Assembly (NCBI GenBank): GCA_001785865.1
Contig: MFUZ01000006.1
Location: 1 to 40,643 of the forward strand
Direction: 5' to 3'
Source: Candidatus Nomurabacteria bacterium RIFCSPLOWO2_01_FULL_41_18
GTDB taxonomy: Bacteria; Patescibacteriota; Minisyncoccia; Phycocordibacterales; UBA9973
Length of the DNA stretch: 40,643 bases
Shown here: one piece after another, positions 35,059 to 40,643 of the stretch
Layout: every line of letters begins with the position of its first letter
Numbering within the stretch: the first letter of the stretch is position 1
Made by a program: the position numbers and the translations under genes
The notes under the pieces: model-generated
Databases searched by the model: none
Told to the model about the DNA's origin: nothing
Seen by the model: only the letters and a program-made list of their open reading frames with translations

Positions 35059-37800
35059 ATGCCACCATTAAATAGATTTACAACTAAATCAAAGGATGCT
35101 ATCAAAAAAGCTCATGAGCTCGCAATTGAGCGTGGGGTCAACCACGTTTCTTCGTTGCACCTACTCGCGGCGCTCCTTTTGCAGGAAGAGAGCATGGTAA
35201 ACTCCATCTTGGATAAATTGGAGATAGATACGATGCTCCTGACTGATTCTATCTTGGAGCTTATCGAATTGCCCGAAACGCGCAGCACTCTTTCTCCATC
35301 GTATCAGATCTATCTCAACCCTGACTTGGCGCAAGTGATAGAACAATCGGCCAAACTGGCAGAATCGATGAAAGATGATTTCGTTTCGACCGAGCATCTG
35401 TTTATTGCGATACTGGAAGTGACTTCCGAGGCGCGCGAAACTTTGGCGCGATTCAGGATTCACAAAGATTCTGTCATGAAAGTAGTGGAAGAATTGCGTA
35501 GCCAAAATATTACCGATGTGACCGAGCCGAAAAAATTTAAAACTCTATTAAAATTTACTCGCAATCTGACCAAGCTGGCGAAAGAAGACAAATTGGATCC
35601 AGTCATCGGTCGGGACAATGAAATAACGCGGATCATGCAGATACTTTCACGAAGGACTAAAAATAATCCTATCTTGATCGGCGAGGCCGGCACCGGGAAG
35701 ACGGCCGTAGTGGAAGGTCTGGCGCAGATGATCGTCAAAAATAATGTTCCAGAGTCTTTGAAAGACAAGGAACTTGTTTCGCTTGACCTGGGGCTTCTTG
35801 TAGCCGGTACAAAATATCGCGGAGAATTCGAAGAGCGACTGAAGAGTATCATGAAAGAGATCGAGCGCTCGGATGGCAAAGTGATCCTCTTTATCGACGA
35901 GATCCACACGATTGTCGGGGCCGGAGGCGCGGAAGGAACTATGGATGCTTCAAACATGCTCAAGCCTGCATTGTCTCGCGGAGAACTGCGGGCGATCGGT
36001 GCGACTACCCTACGAGAATATCAAAAACACATTGAAAAAGATCCTGCGCTCGCACGCCGTTTTCAGCCGGTATATATCGATGAACCGAGTGTTGAAGACG
36101 CTATCGCTATCTTGCGCGGACTCAAAGAAAAATATGAGCTTTTTCACGGTGTGCGTATTACCGACGACGCTATAGTTTCGGCCGTCAATCTCTCTGCACG
36201 CTATATCACCAACAGATTTTTGCCGGATAAAGCTGTGGACTTGATAGATGAGGCTTCTTCTTCACTTAAGATAATGTTGGAAAATAAGCCACCAGTTTTA
36301 GAAGATGCGCATAGAAAAATAATGCGTTTGGAAATAGAGAAAGAAGCATTAAAAAAAGAAATTGTTTCTTTGGGCGGGGAAACACACAAGGAAGAAAAGG
36401 AAAAAGCAAAAGAAAAAATTCACGAAATAAAAGACAGGCTCAAGGAAGTAGATAAAGAAATAGGTAATCTGCATGAAAAAACCAAAGAACTTGAATTGAA
36501 ATGGCAAAATGAAAAAAACATTGTAGTTGAAATTCGTGCGATCAAAAAAGATCTAGAAAGTTTGCGTCTAGAAGCCGAGAATGCAGAGATGAAGTCTGAT
36601 CTTTCCAGTGCTGCAGAAATAAGATATGGAAAAATACCCACATTAAAAAAAGAATTGGAAACAAAACTTCTAAGGTTAAAAAAGTTGCAAAAATCACGCC
36701 GAATTTTGAAAGAAGAAATCACCGCGGAAGATATTGCCGAGGTAGTGGCTCGCTGGACGGGAATACCGCTTACTAAGATGTTGGAAGAAGAACGTGAAAA
36801 ACTAGAGAAGATGGAACTCGAGTTAGAGAAGCGAGTGGTGGGCCAGAAGGAGGCCATAGGGCGTGTGTCAGACGTCATCAGACGTTCGCGCGCTGGAATC
36901 GGCGACCCAAATAGACCTATAGGTTCATTTATTTTCTTGGGTCCAACAGGAGTTGGTAAGACAGAGCTTACAAAAGCGTTGGGGCAGTTTATGTTCAATG
37001 ACGACAAGGCAGTTATCCGAGTGGACATGTCTGAATATATGGAAAGACATTCAGTTTCAAAACTGATTGGTTCTCCTCCCGGATATGTCGGTTATGATGA
37101 AGCGGGACAATTGACCGAATCCGTCCGACACAGGCCGTATGCGGTGATCCTGTTCGATGAGATAGAAAAAGCTCATCCGGAAGTTTTCAACATGCTTCTC
37201 TCGGTCATCGATGAGGGCAGGCTGACTGACGGAAAAGGCAGAGTGGTCAATTTCAAAAACACGATCATTATTCTCACTTCCAATATCGGTTCTCAATTCG
37301 TGGAAAAAATGGAATCGATCGGATTTTCGAACAATTCTAAGAAAACCGATTATGCCAACATGAAAGATAAAGTCATGGAAGCATTGAAGGACAGTTTCCG
37401 TCCAGAATTCTTGAATCGCTTGGATGAAATTATTGTATTCGATGTTTTGTCCGAGGAAGCGATAAAAGAAATAGTGAACTTGAGGATAAAAGTGGTCAGA
37501 GATCGCTTAGCTCTCAAAGGTATTGATCTTGAAATAAACGAAGAAGCTTTGTCTTATTTAGCAAAAGAAGGATACAATCCGCATTATGGTGCGAGACCAC
37601 TCAACCGTTTAATTCAAAATAAAATCTTGAATCCTGTAGCATCCTATATTATTTCAAATGGGGTGAAGAAAGGGGATATTGTTTCTGTGTCCGTTAAAGA
37701 AAACGGACTTCTAATTGAAACAAAAAAAGGCCCCGCCATAGGACGGGCAAGCAAAATAAAAAGCTCTATTAGTGTGCAGTCCAAGTCTAACGTGTTATAA
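35059..37800 (+). CDS. clpB: ClpB-type AAA+ chaperone
   Basis: [28 protein letters not shown], long middle coiled coil (AAEIRYG), [24 protein letters not shown]. Confidence 0.92.
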   Translation: MPPLNRFTTKSKDAIKKAHELAIERGVNHVSSLHLLAALLLQEESMVNSILDKLEIDTMLLTDSILELIELPETRSTLSPSYQIYLNPDLAQVIEQSAKLAESMKDDFVSTEHLFIAILEVTSEARETLARFRIHKDSVMKVVEELRSQNITDVTEPKKFKTLLKFTRNLTKLAKEDKLDPVIGRDNEITRIMQILSRRTKNNPILIGEAGTGKTAVVEGLAQMIVKNNVPESLKDKELVSLDLGLLVAGTKYRGEFEERLKSIMKEIERSDGKVILFIDEIHTIVGAGGAEGTMDASNMLKPALSRGELRAIGATTLREYQKHIEKDPALARRFQPVYIDEPSVEDAIAILRGLKEKYELFHGVRITDDAIVSAVNLSARYITNRFLPDKAVDLIDEASSSLKIMLENKPPVLEDAHRKIMRLEIEKEALKKEIVSLGGETHKEEKEKAKEKIHEIKDRLKEVDKEIGNLHEKTKELELKWQNEKNIVVEIRAIKKDLESLRLEAENAEMKSDLSSAAEIRYGKIPTLKKELETKLLRLKKLQKSRRILKEEITAEDIAEVVARWTGIPLTKMLEEEREKLEKMELELEKRVVGQKEAIGRVSDVIRRSRAGIGDPNRPIGSFIFLGPTGVGKTELTKALGQFMFNDDKAVIRVDMSEYMERHSVSKLIGSPPGYVGYDEAGQLTESVRHRPYAVILFDEIEKAHPEVFNMLLSVIDEGRLTDGKGRVVNFKNTIIILTSNIGSQFVEKMESIGFSNNSKKTDYANMKDKVMEALKDSFRPEFLNRLDEIIVFDVLSEEAIKEIVNLRIKVVRDRLALKGIDLEINEEALSYLAKEGYNPHYGARPLNRLIQNKILNPVASYIISNGVKKGDIVSVSVKENGLLIETKKGPAIGRASKIKSSISVQSKSNVL

Positions 37801-37938
37801 TCAAAATTATGAAGAAAATAAATATTTTAGAGAAAGTATTTCCACTTTAAATATTCACGGTTCATCTTATAATAAAAGAATTTCAGTTTTAGATGTTCGA
37901 GTGGAAAAACTCGAATCGAAAATATAATAATAAAATTT

Positions 37939-38418
37939 ATGCAACCACATCAACAACTGTACAGAGTCTTAGGGATTATATTCGGATTTACAATTGTGTG
38001 GAATATTTTTATTATTCTTGGATCTATTTTTGCTGCTGCGGTGTCACATACGCCTAAATTGTTCTGGTATGTATTGTGTGTTTGGATAATTATTATAACA
38101 ATTTGTTCCATTATTAAAAATAGAATTGAGTCAACTAATTACAAAAAAGGATCTCTAATTTTAACAATAATGATAGTCGCCGGTTTTTTACCAACATCCC
38201 TTTTCTTAATAATGCCTTCAATTATTGAAAATTATATTCCTAGTTGGGAAGCAGCGCATTGTGAGCAAATAGGGCAGACAGATAGTATTCCTCCGAGTGT
38301 GATAATGCGGTGTGATAATGGAGATCAGGTTGAAAGAACTTCAACACCCGAAGATATGAGAAGATTTTGGCAAGGAGGAGTAAAAAATACTCATTATCCT
38401 TACAGTTTTTTTTATTAA
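37939..38418 (+). CDS. Hypothetical membrane protein (3 TM)
   Basis: Three hydrophobic segments and a C-terminal Cys pair. Confidence 0.65.
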   Translation: MQPHQQLYRVLGIIFGFTIVWNIFIILGSIFAAAVSHTPKLFWYVLCVWIIIITICSIIKNRIESTNYKKGSLILTIMIVAGFLPTSLFLIMPSIIENYIPSWEAAHCEQIGQTDSIPPSVIMRCDNGDQVERTSTPEDMRRFWQGGVKNTHYPYSFFY

Positions 38419-38511
38419 AATTTCTTAATCATCATATGTTAGTGCAATTTTTTATGTTGCATGGTAGAGTGGTCAATTGTAATTTTGATTGTGCCATGTT
38501 ATTATTAAGTA

Positions 38512-39330
38512 ATGGCTAAACGCTGGACAAAAAGAGAAGAAGACAAATATCGTTCTGAACTTTTTAATCTTTATGTTAAACAGAATAAAAGTTTACGTGA
38601 AATTTCAAAAGTTTTAGGTATATCGGAACAAACAGTTTTTAAAAGATTGGGACGCTTAGGAATTAAAACAGAACCTAATCTGAAAAAGAATTACTTAAAA
38701 AAGCGAACTGATATAAAGATTCCAAAAAAATACTCTGAAGATCTAGCAGAATTCTTTGGTATTATGCTTGGCGATGGGCATGTAAGTCATTTTCAAGTTG
38801 TTGTTAGTTTAGGAACTAAAGAAGAAAAGTATGCAAAGTATGTTAAATTACTTATCCAAAGAATATTTAGTACAAATGTAAAAATTTCCGTTAATAAAAA
38901 AGGACACAGAGATGTTTATCTGGGCTCAGTAGATATAACGTCGTGGTTGTTGAAACAGGGTCTTGTTCACAATAAAGTAAAATCACAGGTTGATGTTCCA
39001 CGGTGGATATTTAGTAAAAATAATTTCACGAAACGTTTTCTCAGGGGTTTTTTTGATACTGACGGGTCTGTATATAAATTGAAATATGGTATCCAAATAT
39101 CTTTTTGCAACAGGTCTTTCCCAATACTTAAATCTTTACAATTGATGCTTAAAAAGTTAGAATACAGTCCATCAAGTATTAGTTTGTACAACATGTATCT
39201 TACAAAAAGAGGAGATGTGGAAAGGTTCTTTACAGAAATAAAACCATCTAACTTTAAGCATGTAAATCGATATTTGAGTTTCAAGAATAATTTGCGCCGG
39301 TCGTATAGTGGCAATTACACGACGCTGTAA
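38512..39330 (+). CDS. LAGLIDADG homing endonuclease with N-terminal HTH
   Basis: SLREISKVLGISEQTVFKRL (HTH); LAEFFGIMLGDG and FLRGFFDTDGS (two LAGLIDADG motifs). Confidence 0.92.
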   Translation: MAKRWTKREEDKYRSELFNLYVKQNKSLREISKVLGISEQTVFKRLGRLGIKTEPNLKKNYLKKRTDIKIPKKYSEDLAEFFGIMLGDGHVSHFQVVVSLGTKEEKYAKYVKLLIQRIFSTNVKISVNKKGHRDVYLGSVDITSWLLKQGLVHNKVKSQVDVPRWIFSKNNFTKRFLRGFFDTDGSVYKLKYGIQISFCNRSFPILKSLQLMLKKLEYSPSSISLYNMYLTKRGDVERFFTEIKPSNFKHVNRYLSFKNNLRRSYSGNYTTL

Positions 39331-39375
39331 ACGTCGCGGCTTCGGCCTCCGGGGGTTCGAGTCCCTCCCGGCGCA
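39294..39375 (+). tRNA. tRNA-Tyr(GTA)
   Basis: GCGCCGG/CCGGCGC; anticodon loop CTGTAAA; long variable arm. Confidence 0.93.
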
Positions 39376-39466
39376 CAAAACTTGTTGTTTTCTAAAAACT
39401 ATGTTATTATAAAGTAGCTTTTCGAAAGCTCTGATGTTTTTTTGGAGCTTTTTTATTTATAAAAAT

Positions 39467-39541
39467 ATGGAAATACGAAACCCCGAACGAAAGCCTTCGG
39501 CTTCATACGGGGCAGGTATAGCAATTAGTAAAGTTATATAA
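39467..39541 (+). pseudogene. Stranded duplicate of the typA 5' end with a palindromic insertion
   Basis: Translates as MEIRN-PERKPSASYGAG-IAI-SKVI-stop versus TypA MEIRNIAI. Confidence 0.75.
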
Positions 39542-39550
39542 ATATTATTT

Positions 39551-40643
39551 ATGGAAATTAGGAATATCGCTATTATCGCCCATGTGGATCATGGCAAGAC
39601 CACTTTGACCGATGCTTTAATGAAGCAAAACGGAGGTCTGCAGGATGAAGGAATTTCAATGGATTCAAACGCTCTCGAAAAAGAGCGGGGTATCACCATT
39701 TACTCAAAAAATACCTCTATCTATTATAAGGATACAAAAATAAATATAGTCGATACCCCGGGCCACGCGGACTTTGGTTCGGAAGTCGAACGGGTCCTGC
39801 GCGCTGTCGATTCAGTTTTATTGCTGGTAGATAGCGTCGAAGGGCCGATGCCTCAGACCAGATTCGTCTTAAAAAAATCTCTCGAGTTAGGCCTCAAGCC
39901 GATTGTGGTCATCAATAAGATCGACAAGCCTGCCGCGGAGCCGCATCGAGTGCATGATGAGATCCTAGGGCTTTTTTTTGAATTGAATGCAACCGAAGAA
40001 CAGGCGAATTTTGAAACTATTTACGCTATCGGACGCAAAGGACAGGCCTTCAGGCATTTAGATGACAAATCTGCAGATCTCTCTCCACTCCTCGATATGA
40101 TTTTGGAAAAGATTCCGCCTGCTTCGACCAAGCAAGACGAAAAAATGTCGGCGCAGGTCTTCAATTTGGGCTACGATAATTTCCTAGGCAGAATGGCCGT
40201 AATGAGAATTTATTCCGGTAAAATTTCTGCTGGAAGCACGATCGTCGTCAAAGGGGAAAATGGCACGCGCAAAGGCAAGATCACAAAACTTTTTTCCTTC
40301 GAAGGCATAGTCAGAAAGGAAGTGGAGTTTGCCACAGCGGGCGATATTGTCCTCCTCGCTGGAATTCCTGACATCTATATCGGTGAAACAGTCTGTGAAG
40401 ATGAGAGCGTCGAACCGCTTCCGCACATTGCGATCGATGAACCGACTCTTTCTCTGAACTTTTTAGTGAACGATTCTCCATTCGCGGGTAAAGAAGGAAA
40501 ATTTGTCACCTCTAGGCAAATAAAAGAGCGCTTGGAAAAAGAACTTGAAATAAACGTCGGGCTAAAAGTAGATTTTTCCCCGCCTGAAATAAGCGGGGCA
40601 AGCTCCCGACAAGGCCCGAACTTTTTCAAAGTGTACGGCCGGG
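39551..40643 (+). CDS. typA: Translational GTPase TypA/BipA (runs off window end)
   Basis: [68 protein letters not shown]. Confidence 0.97.
   Translation, partial: MEIRNIAIIAHVDHGKTTLTDALMKQNGGLQDEGISMDSNALEKERGITIYSKNTSIYYKDTKINIVDTPGHADFGSEVERVLRAVDSVLLLVDSVEGPMPQTRFVLKKSLELGLKPIVVINKIDKPAAEPHRVHDEILGLFFELNATEEQANFETIYAIGRKGQAFRHLDDKSADLSPLLDMILEKIPPASTKQDEKMSAQVFNLGYDNFLGRMAVMRIYSGKISAGSTIVVKGENGTRKGKITKLFSFEGIVRKEVEFATAGDIVLLAGIPDIYIGETVCEDESVEPLPHIAIDEPTLSLNFLVNDSPFAGKEGKFVTSRQIKERLEKELEINVGLKVDFSPPEISGASSRQGPNFFKVYGR

Noticed and set aside
38454-39330. Group I intron in tRNA-Tyr
   Set aside because: The downstream tRNA is complete by itself, and the intervening DNA is almost all ORF with no ribozyme core.

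Overview
This is a chromosomal segment of a Patescibacteria/CPR bacterium. The assignment to Parcubacteria is inferred from the very divergent 16S, N-terminally truncated IF2 and MurE, the VirB2/TrbC-like pilin array and tRNAs without encoded CCA. The window holds the 3' end of a stand-alone 16S rRNA gene with a ~100-nt helix-40 insertion and no anti-Shine-Dalgarno tail, eight intact tRNAs, and housekeeping genes (secA, murE, a murL-murD fusion, murC, rpsA, gyrA, rbfA, infB, an iscS-like gene, clpB, partial typA). It also has five pilin-like genes, a LAGLIDADG endonuclease overlapping tRNA-Tyr, and several orphan genes. Four patterns stand out. (1) About ten core genes have a -10 hexamer 6-7 nt before the ATG (leaderless), which fits the missing anti-SD. 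(2) Four orphan transcription units instead share a leader of sigma70 promoter, boxA-like motif and ~20-23-bp hairpin, mostly followed by an SD, although this 16S seems unable to read an SD. (3) Short GC-rich palindromes are inserted in frame into at least eight conserved proteins. (4) Stranded duplicate 5' ends lie upstream of tRNA-Tyr (endonuclease in between), tRNA-Cys and typA, suggesting mobile elements that replace a gene's 5' end. All product calls come from motif recognition; no database search was run.
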